From Escherichia phage ukendt: DNA of 64,000 bases. The notes below the pieces were generated by a model. That model searched no databases, was not told the DNA's origin, and saw only the letters and a list, made by a program, of their open reading frames with translations. Each line of letters opens with the position of its first letter. The stretch's first letter is position 1. The position numbers were made by a program, and so were the translations under genes. Positions 1 to 9,690 of the stretch are shown here, piece by piece. The stretch lies in the sequence record NC_052661.1; one strand, 5' to 3'.

Positions 1-30
1 CGCTTTTAACAGTAATTTCTCTATGTATGA

Positions 31-360
31 TCACTTATCCTCCTCAAAATCTAAGAAAATAAAAATATTCACCTTTCCTTCAATCTCTTGTTCTAAAACA
101 AGATCGGCAAATTCTGCATAAGCTTTCTCTTCAACTTTTTCAATATGCTCTGCGGCATCTTTAAAAGGTGTATCCCCATCCACCTTTACTAATAAGAAAA
201 GAGATCGCATTTCGACGCTTTTACTGTTACGAGGAAGGAAATCTACAGCTTCAACAATTCTCCAACCCAAATAGCCAGGAGTTTTATGAATCTCCCCTAA
301 ATGCTTTTCTAAGATTTTACGACCCTCGTCGATAAGGGCTTGTTCTGTAGTAATTTCCAT
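31..360 (-). CDS. hypothetical acidic protein (109 aa)
   Basis: ORF with SD GAGGAGG upstream of ATG at 360; co-directional with early block; no motif recognised. Confidence 0.5.
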   Translation of the reverse strand: MEITTEQALIDEGRKILEKHLGEIHKTPGYLGWRIVEAVDFLPRNSKSVEMRSLFLLVKVDGDTPFKDAAEHIEKVEEKAYAEFADLVLEQEIEGKVNIFIFLDFEEDK

Positions 361-370
361 TCCTTCCTCC

Positions 371-961
371 TCAAATTATTAACGAAACCGCATGACTAAA
401 TTTTGGTTCAGATATAACCTCTGCTACAGTCACATATGTATCGTGCAGCCAAAAAGATTCTACTCTACAAACACAAATACCGTTGATAATGAAATCTACA
501 CAGGCTTTATTATTTTCGCACACTTGTTGTCTATAAACAACCCCTAAAGAGTCATAAAGTGATCTCACTGTTGCTACCATTTCATCTGTTTCATCTTCGT
601 GCGAAACAAAGAAAACGAATACAGACAAGTTGTTAGCGAAAGTACTGCTATTCTCTACTTCAACCGACTTACAAGGTAAAAAGGAGTAATATTTACCGTT
701 AGGTATCAATTTCGCCTCAACCTGGTTAAGTATGCTTTGAGATGGTTTTGTTACATAAAAAAGATTTTCTGTTGGGTTTTCAACATTACTCCTTACTATG
801 CAACGAGTGGGGTTCGAAGGATCAAAAACATGATCGAAATCGACACACACAGGTAAGTTAACAACTTTAAACTTTTTGCTAAGAATGCTTACTGCGGTAA
901 AAATCAAACCAGCGTTTATTTTGCCAGTGAAAGTTGAACGCATAACTACTCCTCGGATCAT
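371..961 (-). CDS. hypothetical protein (196 aa)
   Basis: long ORF, tight packing with neighbours; no motif recognised. Confidence 0.5.
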   Translation of the reverse strand: MIRGVVMRSTFTGKINAGLIFTAVSILSKKFKVVNLPVCVDFDHVFDPSNPTRCIVRSNVENPTENLFYVTKPSQSILNQVEAKLIPNGKYYSFLPCKSVEVENSSTFANNLSVFVFFVSHEDETDEMVATVRSLYDSLGVVYRQQVCENNKACVDFIINGICVCRVESFWLHDTYVTVAEVISEPKFSHAVSLII

Positions 962-1152
962 TCTACCAAAGAGAATTCCGCCTCTTCCAGGTAGATTACA
1001 GACCTTGTTGCATGATATTTAACGCTCCAGAAATTACCTTCGCGCCGTAAAAGTATCTCATTCACATCAAGATTGCTTAGAAAAACCATATAACTTAAAG
1101 CTTGTTGACGCGTTGAGAATTGTTTCTCTAAAAGTTCTTCTCCGCTCTGCAT
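958..1152 (-). CDS. hypothetical protein (64 aa)
   Basis: SD TAAGGAGGG before ATG; 4-nt overlap with downstream gene. Confidence 0.45.
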   Translation of the reverse strand: MQSGEELLEKQFSTRQQALSYMVFLSNLDVNEILLRREGNFWSVKYHATRSVIYLEEAEFSLVE

Positions 1153-1198
1153 AATCCCTCCTTAAAAATACTCCCTCCGAGAAGGGAGTATAAGTATA

Positions 1199-1402
1199 TC
1201 ACGTAGTTGTTATGTTGTCTTCTTGGATACCAGAATCCACTTCTGCAAACATATCTTCTGCACTGTAATTATTTCCAGTCCAGCGTGATAGAAGGATAGC
1301 ACCAATCTCTTTTGCATGAGATTCAGACTCCGCATAAACGTTAGTCCCAGTGTCACCTTTTTTCTTTTCATGTGCATAAATGCAGTAATAATTGTAAGCC
1401 AT
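1199..1402 (-). CDS. hypothetical protein (67 aa)
   Basis: ORF in early operon; start abuts stop of upstream ORF. Confidence 0.4.
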   Translation of the reverse strand: MAYNYYCIYAHEKKKGDTGTNVYAESESHAKEIGAILLSRWTGNNYSAEDMFAEVDSGIQEDNITTT

Positions 1403-1638
1403 TAGTCTTCCCAGTCATTGTCCTCGGTAGAGTGAACCAAAGCTCGCACGATGCCGCCATAGTCTACTGCTTGGTTTGCAGCATGTTCGGCATAAACTTC
1501 AATAGCTTTTTTGAAGAAAAGAGCAGTAGCTGCTTCAATATTATCCATTTCACCCTCTACATCAGTAGAAAGTGAAAGGTTGAGGCTTTCATCTACTTCA
1601 TCAAAATCAATAGCCACTGTCATAATTAGTTTACCCAT
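1402..1638 (-). CDS. hypothetical highly acidic protein (78 aa)
   Basis: ORF; D/E-rich composition. Confidence 0.45.
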   Translation of the reverse strand: MGKLIMTVAIDFDEVDESLNLSLSTDVEGEMDNIEAATALFFKKAIEVYAEHAANQAVDYGGIVRALVHSTEDNDWED

Positions 1639-1650
1639 AGTTCACACTCC

Positions 1651-2160
1651 TTAAACAAAATAAAATGGTTGAGAGAGGCCCAAACGATTCTTTGGGTCGT
1701 ATACATACCAAGCGTATGCTGTCTTATCTGTTCCACCTGCAACAAACGAAGGCCGTTCTGAAAGAACTATAAGGTTTGTCGGTGGATTCTTTTGATGGAA
1801 CTCTCGTCGTTTCTTTGACTCCAAGAAGCCCAACCGAAGAAGATAAATACAAACATCCGCCTCTTTTAAGCTCTTTTCCAAGAACTCCATTGCTAACTTA
1901 AATGGAGGGTTTGTGATTATAATGTCGGGACGATTTTCCCACTCGTGACTAAAATAATCCTTACCTTCTTCAAGTTCACAATATTCTGAACCTTCAGGAA
2001 AATGGCGATAAATCGCTTCAGCTTCACCTCTGCAAGGTTCTGCAAAAACCCAACCTTCTTCCTTTAGATTTTTGAAATCTATAACACTAAACAAACTATT
2101 GATTGCTTTTTGCGGTGTAGGATAATAATCGCTCGTTGGGCGATCATAATCTAATGCCAT
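1651..2160 (-). CDS. putative small DNA N6-adenine methyltransferase (phage Dam-like)
   Basis: motif IIITNPPF (NPPF/DPPY class) in a 169-aa protein; no clear FxGxG motif seen. Confidence 0.45.
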   Translation of the reverse strand: MALDYDRPTSDYYPTPQKAINSLFSVIDFKNLKEEGWVFAEPCRGEAEAIYRHFPEGSEYCELEEGKDYFSHEWENRPDIIITNPPFKLAMEFLEKSLKEADVCIYLLRLGFLESKKRREFHQKNPPTNLIVLSERPSFVAGGTDKTAYAWYVYDPKNRLGLSQPFYFV

Positions 2161-2578
2161 CTAAAATCTCCTCTTTTGTAATATTATCCAACTCTTTAAA
2201 AGATGAAATCTCGTTTAATAATCCTATTTGATCAGCCTCTAGAGGATAAGTGTTTTTATCTGTTTTTCTAGACAGAATATCCTCAACAAACTTATCAATA
2301 GCCAAAGAAGAATCATAAAATTTTAAAAGTTGGTAATCCATAGGAGATATTTTGTCATCTCTTAGAAATATTTCTAACATGTTTTCAGGAGTATCGTGGT
2401 TTAGTTTATGTTCACCAAAAATATTAACTTCGTAAACATCTTTGCCAAACCAACGTTTCTTCTTTTCAACAGTATAGGTTTTTGCCACCAGACCATCTAA
2501 ACAGTTTCTTGCCCTCTTACATGTTTGACGGTAAGAGTGGATAGCGCCTTCAACAAACTTAGCAGGAACTTGTAACAT
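2144..2578 (-). CDS. hypothetical protein (144 aa)
   Basis: ORF with SD; no motif. Confidence 0.5.
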   Translation of the reverse strand: MLQVPAKFVEGAIHSYRQTCKRARNCLDGLVAKTYTVEKKKRWFGKDVYEVNIFGEHKLNHDTPENMLEIFLRDDKISPMDYQLLKFYDSSLAIDKFVEDILSRKTDKNTYPLEADQIGLLNEISSFKELDNITKEEILDGIRL

Positions 2579-2623
2579 TATTAATCTCCTATGTTTAAGA
2601 AATGCCCCCGAAGGGGCAGTTTG

Positions 2624-3316
2624 TTAAATAGCGGTTCCTTCGAAATCCGCCACATTTACGAGATTAATATTTTCAGATTTAGAAGTCAAGTTGTTTTCTG
2701 CAACAGATTTTTCTTCAGTATCCGCCTCGTTACCTGCCACGTTACGAGGTTCTTCTTCACCGTAGGGATTACCGAATTTCAAAAGATTGATCAATTCTTC
2801 TTTGGAGAAGTTTTCTAAATCATCGTCTGTTAATTCAATAATCTCGTCTTGTTCTTCAACAAATGTTTCACCACCAGAAAAAGCATCTCGCTTTTTAGCT
2901 ACTTCCATAGCTTGTTCTGGTGTTGCCCCTGCGTCAAGAGCAGCTAAAGCAAAGTCTGACCCACTTCCTACTGCATAATATTCTTCATCAATCGGATATG
3001 CACGTGTTGGGTTGTTACCTTCGTGCAGGAAAATACGCCCGTCTGGATGAACAACAAGTGCAATAAACTCTTCATCTTCTTTATCTGGATCAGAGTGAAT
3101 CATCAAACCAGGGACAGCATCACGTGCTGCTTCGCACTGTAGATTTTGTTCAAACCATTGAAAGAAAGAAAGCACGGAGGTCAGACGACCAGCACCACCT
3201 ACAAGGTAATCTCCAATTTTTCGGACCTTTTTGAAATTAATAGAATCTACACGTCCACCAAAAGTTACCTTACCGTCACTCAAAATCTTATTTTTGGTTG
3301 CAATAATTGTCGTCAC
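2624..3316 (-). CDS. HslV-like (proteasome beta-type) Ntn-hydrolase peptidase with acidic C-terminal tail
   Basis: N-terminus MTTIIA (Thr right after Met), [32 protein letters not shown] resembles HslV NVKKVRRL...[30 protein letters not shown]; extra ~60 aa D/E-rich tail. Confidence 0.7.
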   Translation of the reverse strand: [230 protein letters not shown]

Positions 3317-3819
3317 TATTCTTCCTCCTCTGTTAATGTTTTAAGAACCGCTTTCCCGCCATTCACATATTTGCAGATGTATTCTATCGCACGTAGTGTC
3401 TCTTTGTCAACAAAAATTTGATCAGACGTTGCGAGCGGGTTATTAAGAAGATCACTACAATCACGAACAAGCAGTGCTTTCTTATTAAACAAATTACTTA
3501 AGAACAGTAACTTCGCCTCTTCTTCTGTTATGTGCAGAAGGCTAGGATCGGAGCCAGCTATTCCTATTATACAATCAAACAAGCTTTCTTTACTATCAGA
3601 AAGTTCTTGAAAATGGTTTAAAAGCCAATCTTCTCCTAGACACCAACATTTAAACATTTCCAGCTTATCTCGGAGGGTCATATTCTCTAAAGTAAGAGCA
3701 ATCTCTTTTTCAATATGGTTTACACAAATTTGACGAAATTCGTTAGGTTTTACGAGTCCCGTTTGATAGCACTCATCTATACCGCTTCTTCCGATAGCTA
3801 TTGTTGCTACACCCATCAA
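3316..3819 (-). CDS. hypothetical protein (167 aa)
   Basis: ORF; stop overlaps start of HslV-like gene. Confidence 0.5.
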   Translation of the reverse strand: MMGVATIAIGRSGIDECYQTGLVKPNEFRQICVNHIEKEIALTLENMTLRDKLEMFKCWCLGEDWLLNHFQELSDSKESLFDCIIGIAGSDPSLLHITEEEAKLLFLSNLFNKKALLVRDCSDLLNNPLATSDQIFVDKETLRAIEYICKYVNGGKAVLKTLTEEEE

Positions 3820-3851
3820 TCCTCCTTATAAATGGCTTCCCTGCCACGTTA

Positions 3852-4610
3852 TTAAATAAACACTTCAGTAATCAGTTTAGACAAACGTCCACGTTTATTA
3901 TCGTCCGTTGTCAGTTCAACATATCCAATAAAATCTACAATTGGCTCACGAACACCTTCTTCATTCTCTGGATATAAAAGTTCCAAAATTTGATGCAGAC
4001 CATTGCTACGTTTTTTAATTGCATATGTCTGGCGAACATCGCCTAATACAATAACATGCGTATTAATACCTGCACGTTCAATAAGAAGTTTAAGTGTTTC
4101 TGTTGACATAAGTTGTGCTTCGTCAATAATGACGATTGTATTATCCAGGGTAGCCCCCAACAAATAGTTAGGAATATTCAATTCGATCTTACCTGATCCA
4201 ATATCGTTTTCCAATTTGTTAGCTGTCATGAATTGCTGGAAAATACGTTTTGTAGATTCATAGTGTGCTGCTAGTTTATCTGTTTTATCCCCAGACAAGA
4301 AACCAATCTGGTCATCTCCGACTTCAGTAGGGTTCTTGATAAAAAGTAGTTTACGGAAGTCTCCTGAACGAAGCATCTGCAAAGCTTTCCATAAAGCAAC
4401 AGAGGTTTTACCAGTCCCTGCCGGAGCATTTACAACAGTCAGATCATTCCAAATCATGCTTTGAACAATCTTATTTTGGTCCCCTTCAGGCATAAATTCA
4501 TCTAAACGGTAATCGTCATTACCTACCGCTTTTGCTGCATAACGGCTTTCAATCTTTGCTGAATTAGCCAGTTTCTGCCGTTGTGTTTTAGCTGCGGTTT
4601 TATTTCCCAT
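3852..4610 (-). CDS. phoH: PhoH-like ATPase
   Basis: Walker A NAPAGTGKTSVAL and PhoH-like layout; start moved to internal ATG at 4610 (SD AAGGAG 8 nt upstream); the track's longer ORF to 4661 overlaps the lysozyme gene. Confidence 0.75.
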   Translation of the reverse strand: MGNKTAAKTQRQKLANSAKIESRYAAKAVGNDDYRLDEFMPEGDQNKIVQSMIWNDLTVVNAPAGTGKTSVALWKALQMLRSGDFRKLLFIKNPTEVGDDQIGFLSGDKTDKLAAHYESTKRIFQQFMTANKLENDIGSGKIELNIPNYLLGATLDNTIVIIDEAQLMSTETLKLLIERAGINTHVIVLGDVRQTYAIKKRSNGLHQILELLYPENEEGVREPIVDFIGYVELTTDDNKRGRLSKLITEVFI

Positions 4611-4628
4611 AGTAGCACTCCTTTTAGA

Positions 4629-4644
4629 AGGGGCCGAAGCCCCT
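4629..4644 (-). repeat. GC hairpin AGGGGC-UUCG-GCCCCU (UUCG tetraloop on transcript), copy 1
   Basis: identical 16-mer also at 10797..10812; lies between lysozyme stop and PhoH start. Confidence 0.6.
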
Positions 4645-4647
4645 TTA

Positions 4648-5148
4648 TTAGTTGTAAGCATCTAAAGTTCCAGAAGTCAGAACTTTAATTACTCGTTCAG
4701 CACGGTTTGGCGTCTGGCTATACCATCGGCTTTTACGCATGTTTTTACCTGCTTGAGTATAATATGCATTGCTGATTAAAGTCAAGCTATTTTTAAACCC
4801 TTCAGCACCTTTTAACCCCAACTGGAAAACCATGTTGATTATTCCCAATTTACGAGTATCACTCACCTTATCATAGATTGGTGATAAGATAGCACTGTTT
4901 TTTATGTCTCTCTTCACTTTTGCAACATCGTCAGCAAAGATTTGACGGGCTTCTTTTTCTGTGATAACTCCATTGGTCTTACGACCAAGGAGATTATCTA
5001 AGATTTGAATAGCCTTTGCTTTATCTTTTATTTTAGTCAGAAGGTGTCCTATGCCGACTGTCCAATAACCAAGATGATCTTGGTAAACAGTAAGCTTCAG
5101 TCCTTCATCGACTCGTAGCATATCAAACTCATCTACTACTTTAGCCAT
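4648..5148 (-). CDS. endolysin, T4 lysozyme family (GH24)
   Basis: MLRVDEGLKLTVYQDHLGYWTVGIGHLL...NMVFQLG...KSRWYSQTPNRAERV is collinear with T4 lysozyme ([28 protein letters not shown]...NMVFQMG...KSRWYNQTPNRAKRV). Confidence 0.85.
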   Translation of the reverse strand: MAKVVDEFDMLRVDEGLKLTVYQDHLGYWTVGIGHLLTKIKDKAKAIQILDNLLGRKTNGVITEKEARQIFADDVAKVKRDIKNSAILSPIYDKVSDTRKLGIINMVFQLGLKGAEGFKNSLTLISNAYYTQAGKNMRKSRWYSQTPNRAERVIKVLTSGTLDAYN

Positions 5149-5155
5149 TTACTTC

Positions 5156-5305
5156 CTATTCGTCGTCTCCTACTCCGTGATCCAACTCATTAAACAACAG
5201 ATGTTCTGGAGAAGTTTCACGTTTTGGTTTCGTTTTCTTTATGTTGGACTTCAGCTCATTTGCCAAAGCACGAGAAAAGATCTTACGTTTCTGTTTACTT
5301 TTCAT
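5156..5305 (-). CDS. small basic protein (49 aa)
   Basis: ORF below the track size cutoff; SD GGAG 8 nt before ATG; K/R-rich. Confidence 0.4.
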   Translation of the reverse strand: MKSKQKRKIFSRALANELKSNIKKTKPKRETSPEHLLFNELDHGVGDDE

Positions 5306-5310
5306 AATTG

Positions 5311-5571
5311 TTACTCCGCAATTTGAGCCATGAGATCACGCAGTTCGGTAAAACCGCCTACGTATGTTACCTCCCCGTTCACTTCAGACAGAATTTGTGG
5401 AAATGTGCGTGGAGGAACTCCGGTAAGATCAACAACTGTTTTAGTCATTGATTCTAAATCGTAGTCTTGGTCAAGACTTAAATATTCAAACTGTTTATTG
5501 CGCATGGTTAATAGTTGTTTTGACATTTCGCAAAATTGACAGTTAGGTTTACCAAAAATTACAAATTCCAT
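5311..5571 (-). CDS. glutaredoxin/NrdH-like redoxin
   Basis: N-terminal CxxC active site (GKPNCQFCE), 86 aa, adjacent to RNR genes. Confidence 0.65.
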   Translation of the reverse strand: MEFVIFGKPNCQFCEMSKQLLTMRNKQFEYLSLDQDYDLESMTKTVVDLTGVPPRTFPQILSEVNGEVTYVGGFTELRDLMAQIAE

Positions 5572-6413
5572 TACCTCTCCTTATTAAGTAATACTGCTAA
5601 AGACCGTTCAATACCTTTATTTAAATCTGATTTTGTAAGATAGTGACTGGTTACTAATTGTGACTTCACCGGACGTGCTGCTGGAGCATTATAGGTTGAA
5701 GCTGATACCGCCGATATCTTAACAGGTTCTGGCATCTGTGTCAAGATCTTTTCCGCAAACTCCGCCCAAGAAATAAGATGGCTTCCTGCAAAATGGTAAG
5801 TCTTAACAGACCTTGACCAACCTGTTTTTAATACTTCAAAAATAGCTTCTGCTAAATCTGGAGCATATGTTGGACAAGAGAACTGATCAGCAACAATAAT
5901 AAAATCACGTTGTCCATCATTATAGCGAGACAACATGGTTTTTAGAAAGTTATTTCCAAATTCGCTATATACCGAGGCTGTTCGAATAATATATGCATTT
6001 GGGTTAACTCCTCGCACCATTTTTTCACCAAGTTCTTTCGTATACCCATAATTGTTTATTGGGTTAGGTGTAGTATCTTCAAAAATAGGATGAGAATAAT
6101 TAAAAATATAGTCTGTAGAAATATGCACAAAATCAATTTTAAGTTTACTGCACACTGCTGCAATGTTTGCAGGGCCGTAGGCATTAACAGCCAAAGCAGT
6201 AGCAAAATCATGTTCTGCTTTATCTACAGCCGTATAAGCAGCGCAATTAATAACACCATCTACATAATCTTCAATAATAGCGTTGCGCACGGCTTCAAAA
6301 TTTGTAATATCTACACGTTCTTTAGGATAAATTAAAGATACGTTTGAAGGAGCCACTTTACGTAAAGCTTGTCCCAGTTGTCCATTACCACCCAATACCA
6401 GATATGTTAGCAT
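5571..6413 (-). CDS. rmlD: dTDP-4-dehydrorhamnose reductase (RmlD-like)
   Basis: Rossmann start [17 protein letters not shown], ~280 aa, last gene of rml operon. Confidence 0.75.
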   Translation of the reverse strand: MLTYLVLGGNGQLGQALRKVAPSNVSLIYPKERVDITNFEAVRNAIIEDYVDGVINCAAYTAVDKAEHDFATALAVNAYGPANIAAVCSKLKIDFVHISTDYIFNYSHPIFEDTTPNPINNYGYTKELGEKMVRGVNPNAYIIRTASVYSEFGNNFLKTMLSRYNDGQRDFIIVADQFSCPTYAPDLAEAIFEVLKTGWSRSVKTYHFAGSHLISWAEFAEKILTQMPEPVKISAVSASTYNAPAARPVKSQLVTSHYLTKSDLNKGIERSLAVLLNKER

Positions 6414-6973
6414 ACACCCTCACTACGTAGCTGTTGAAAAGACTTAGCCATTGCATCTTTTGTTGATAAGATAGGTTTAAAATCTTCGTCAAAAATCATA
6501 TCGAAGCCCCAATCAATCCCTATATCAGGATCATCCCAACGTAAACTTTGCTCGCTGGAAGGGTCGTATGGAGTTGTGCATTTGTATTCGAAGATAGCAT
6601 CCATACTCAAGACTATAAAGCCATGTGCCAAACCAGGTGGAAGCCAGAACTGTGTATGGTGTCGTGCACGAAGAACAACACCGTCCCAAGCACCGTAAGT
6701 TGGACTGTCTTTACGTAAGTCTACAGCGAAATCCAATACTTCACCACTTACACAACGAACAAGCTTGCCTTGTGGATTATTTGTTTGGAAGTGCATTCCT
6801 CGCAAAACACCGAAGTTTGATTTAGACATGTTATCTTGAACGAAAGTTTGTTTACCAATAATATCTTCGTATTTTTGTTCATTGTATGTTTCTAAAAAGA
6901 AACCACGATCATCTTTATAAACGTCTGGTTTGATAATTACCGCACCTTCGATTTTTGTTTTTTCTACTTTCAT
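6407..6973 (-). CDS. rmlC: dTDP-4-dehydrorhamnose 3,5-epimerase (RmlC-like cupin)
   Basis: [10 protein letters not shown]...GMHFQ...[11 protein letters not shown]...YGAWDGVVL epimerase signature; start set at internal ATG 6973 (SD GGAGAG; ATGA overlap with rmlA stop). Confidence 0.75.
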   Translation of the reverse strand: MKVEKTKIEGAVIIKPDVYKDDRGFFLETYNEQKYEDIIGKQTFVQDNMSKSNFGVLRGMHFQTNNPQGKLVRCVSGEVLDFAVDLRKDSPTYGAWDGVVLRARHHTQFWLPPGLAHGFIVLSMDAIFEYKCTTPYDPSSEQSLRWDDPDIGIDWGFDMIFDEDFKPILSTKDAMAKSFQQLRSEGVC

Positions 6974-7848
6974 TTTCTCTCCGCTAATTTGAGTAGGTAT
7001 TGCCCGTACTCTGTTTTCTTCAGTGAGTTTCCATGGTACACCAAAGTCTCTAAAGAAATCCACCCTTTTTTGAAAGCAATTTCTTCCAGGCACGCAATCT
7101 TCAATCCTTGGCAGTTCTCAATAGTCTGCACGAATTGACCAGCTTCCATCAGACTGGCGTGTGTTCCTGTGTCAAGCCAAGTAAATCCTCGTCCGAGAAC
7201 TTCTACTTGTAACTTCCTGTCTTCGAGGTAGCTGCGATTGATATCTGTGATCTCCAGTTCTCCACGCGAGGAAGGGGTTACTTCTAGTGCGCGTTGAACA
7301 ACAGAATTATCATAGAAATACAAACCTGTGACAGCATAATCTGATTTAGGATTTTCAGGTTTCTCTTCAATAGAAATAGCTTGACGATTACTCCCAAATT
7401 CAACCACGCCGAATCGTTCAGGATCTTTCACCAAATACCCAAAGATACAAGCTCCGCCCCAAACATCTACCATCTCACTGGCATTAATCAGTAGTTTACC
7501 AAAGCTTTGTCCGAAGAATAGGTTGTCACCTAAAATAAGAGCAACAGAGTCTTCTCCGATAAAATCTTTACCGATGATGAAAGCCTCCGCAAGACCTCGT
7601 GGCTCGGATTGGATTGCGTAAGTGAGTTTTATCCCAAACATAGACCCATCTCCGAGAAGATACTTAAAGTCTTCCTGATCGCCTGGTGTGGTGATGATTA
7701 AGATATCTTTAATGTCAGCCAACATCAATACCGATAAAGGGTAGTAGATCATGGGTTTGTCATACACAGGGAGCAATTGCTTGCTCACACTGCGTGTTAC
7801 CGGATGAAGGCGGGTTCCACTTCCTCCCGCCAAAATAATACCTTTCAT
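6970..7848 (-). CDS. rmlA: glucose-1-phosphate thymidylyltransferase (RmlA)
   Basis: [18 protein letters not shown] nucleotidyltransferase signature, 292 aa. Confidence 0.85.
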   Translation of the reverse strand: MKGIILAGGSGTRLHPVTRSVSKQLLPVYDKPMIYYPLSVLMLADIKDILIITTPGDQEDFKYLLGDGSMFGIKLTYAIQSEPRGLAEAFIIGKDFIGEDSVALILGDNLFFGQSFGKLLINASEMVDVWGGACIFGYLVKDPERFGVVEFGSNRQAISIEEKPENPKSDYAVTGLYFYDNSVVQRALEVTPSSRGELEITDINRSYLEDRKLQVEVLGRGFTWLDTGTHASLMEAGQFVQTIENCQGLKIACLEEIAFKKGWISLETLVYHGNSLKKTEYGQYLLKLAERK

Positions 7849-7856
7849 AACCCTCC

Positions 7857-8849
7857 TTAAATCTTCTCACTCCACCATTGAGGGTTGTTTAAGTACCATT
7901 CAATCGTTGAGTAGAGATCTTGTTCAAATGTAGAGTTTGCACTCCAACCCAGTTCAGACTCTATTTTAGAAGGATTGATTTCATAACGCAAGTCATGTCC
8001 TTTACGATCTTCAACAAAAGTTATCAAGTTGGAAGAAGGGTAGGTTCCTGCTTCTGGATGTACAGCATCCATGTAGTCACAAACCATATAGATGATCTCC
8101 ATATTGGTTTTGGGATTACGTGTTCCAATATTATACGTTTGACCTGGTTCTCCACCTGTTGCCACTTGAAGAATAGCTCGCGCATGATCCTCCACAAAAA
8201 GCCAGTCTCGCACCTGATCGCCTTTACCATACACTGGAATCTTTTTATTCGTCAAGATACTTGTGATGATTTTTGGGATCAGCTTTTCTGGATGTTGATA
8301 AGGTCCAAAGTTATTGGAGCAGTTGGTTATCACAACAGGTAAGTCGTAGGTACGGTGCCAAGCTTTCACAAGATGGTCAGATGCTGCCTTAGACGCACTG
8401 TACGGGCTTGAAGGGGCATAAGCTGTCTCTTCGGTAAAAGGAACGCCAGAGTCTGCCATATCGCCGTACACTTCGTCTGTGGAGACGTGTACGAACATCT
8501 TCAGTTTATTCTTTGGGAGGAGCCTTGCAGCTTCCAATAAATTGTATGTACCAATAATATTGGAGTCGATGAAAGCTCGTGGATTCTTGATAGAATTATC
8601 CACATGACTCTCTGCCGCTAAGTGAATGATGAAATCGGGATTGCACTCTACTACTAAACTTTTGACCTGGGCTTCGTTTGCCAAATCTGTTATACTTAGT
8701 TTAGCGTGAGTGATATCGCCTACATTCTTAATGTCTGCTGCATAGCTCATCTTATCAACGACAAAAACTTCGTTATTGGGATCTTGACAAAGAGAGCGCA
8801 CCACGGCGCTCCCAATAAAACCAAGACCACCTGTTACCAGATAGCGCAT
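7857..8849 (-). CDS. rmlB: dTDP-glucose 4,6-dehydratase (RmlB)
   Basis: [21 protein letters not shown]-binding motif, SDR YxxxK (YSASKAAS), 330 aa. Confidence 0.85.
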   Translation of the reverse strand: MRYLVTGGLGFIGSAVVRSLCQDPNNEVFVVDKMSYAADIKNVGDITHAKLSITDLANEAQVKSLVVECNPDFIIHLAAESHVDNSIKNPRAFIDSNIIGTYNLLEAARLLPKNKLKMFVHVSTDEVYGDMADSGVPFTEETAYAPSSPYSASKAASDHLVKAWHRTYDLPVVITNCSNNFGPYQHPEKLIPKIITSILTNKKIPVYGKGDQVRDWLFVEDHARAILQVATGGEPGQTYNIGTRNPKTNMEIIYMVCDYMDAVHPEAGTYPSSNLITFVEDRKGHDLRYEINPSKIESELGWSANSTFEQDLYSTIEWYLNNPQWWSEKI

Positions 8850-8858
8850 ACGTTCTCC

Positions 8859-9185
8859 TTACCAGACGTTTTGTGATACTAACGTTTCAGTTTCAATATT
8901 ATACTTATTAAGTAGTTCAAAATAGACCTCATTTGCTTTTTTATTTAAGCTTGTGAGGTCTATGGCACAAGCACCACAACCGCTACACAGCTTGATACCG
9001 AAGACACAATCTTCAGGATCTGCATCATACCACGGGGAAATGTTTTCCAAGCCCAAACCTTCGCAGAGAAACCAATTAAAGTCCCCATCGAACTGGTCTT
9101 CGACTTGTGGATCGTCTCCAAATATTTCTTTCCATTTATCATATGGTGCACCCTGTAACATACGCCATTCGATATCAATACCCAT
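8859..9185 (-). CDS. hypothetical Cys-rich protein (108 aa)
   Basis: ORF; CSGCGAC cluster. Confidence 0.45.
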   Translation of the reverse strand: MGIDIEWRMLQGAPYDKWKEIFGDDPQVEDQFDGDFNWFLCEGLGLENISPWYDADPEDCVFGIKLCSGCGACAIDLTSLNKKANEVYFELLNKYNIETETLVSQNVW

Positions 9186-9339
9186 TTTTCATCTCCTCCT
9201 CTTCTTGAGCAGCTTTAATAATTGCTTCATAAATATCGTAAGCAATGCCTCCACAACATCTAGCTTCGAAAGCTATTGCTTCTGCAATGTGATCTGTTAA
9301 TTCTCGTGGAATGCGAACATACTCTTTTTCACTCTCCAT
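9175..9339 (-). CDS. small hypothetical protein (54 aa)
   Basis: hand-translated ORF MESEKEYVRIPRELTDH...; overlaps neighbours; below track cutoff. Confidence 0.3.
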   Translation of the reverse strand: MESEKEYVRIPRELTDHIAEAIAFEARCCGGIAYDIYEAIIKAAQEEEEMKNGY

Positions 9340-9481
9340 CTTCTACCTCCAACCCTTCTTTTTCAAAGATTACTACTCGTCCTTCACCATGACAATTCAG
9401 GCAAGGAAATGTTACCATAATCTCCACTTCCATTTGTCCAGTCCCACCACACACAGGACAAAAAATAAGTTTTTCAGCCAT
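9329..9481 (-). CDS. small zinc-ribbon protein (50 aa)
   Basis: hand-translated MAEKLIFCPVCGGTG...FPCLNCHGEG (CxxC...CxxC); TAATG overlap with upstream stop. Confidence 0.4.
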   Translation of the reverse strand: MAEKLIFCPVCGGTGQMEVEIMVTFPCLNCHGEGRVVIFEKEGLEVEDGE

Positions 9482-9690
9482 TATTCCTCCTTAATTATTT
9501 CAAACTTGGCAACACCATTTACAATAATATGACCACAAGACATAACTCCTAACCAAGGATCGCCGTTTTTCTTCAGGCGTTTACCGAATACATCACAAAA
9601 ACCATTCTTCATTTCGGAGGCTTCATAAGAAGCCCCTTTGTCAAAAACGTCTTTGAATGTGTCGATTATACCAACACATCTCAGAATCAT
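9481..9690 (-). CDS. hypothetical protein (69 aa)
   Basis: ORF directly downstream of nrdB. Confidence 0.45.
   Translation of the reverse strand: MILRCVGIIDTFKDVFDKGASYEASEMKNGFCDVFGKRLKKNGDPWLGVMSCGHIIVNGVAKFEIIKEE

Noticed and set aside
7920-8342. 140-aa plus-strand ORF inside rmlB (one of several plus-strand ORFs in the 31..28290 block)
   Set aside because: All confidently assigned genes in this block are on the minus strand with SD sites and coupled junctions; plus-strand ORFs here lack ribosome-binding sites and overlap conserved enzymes in antisense.
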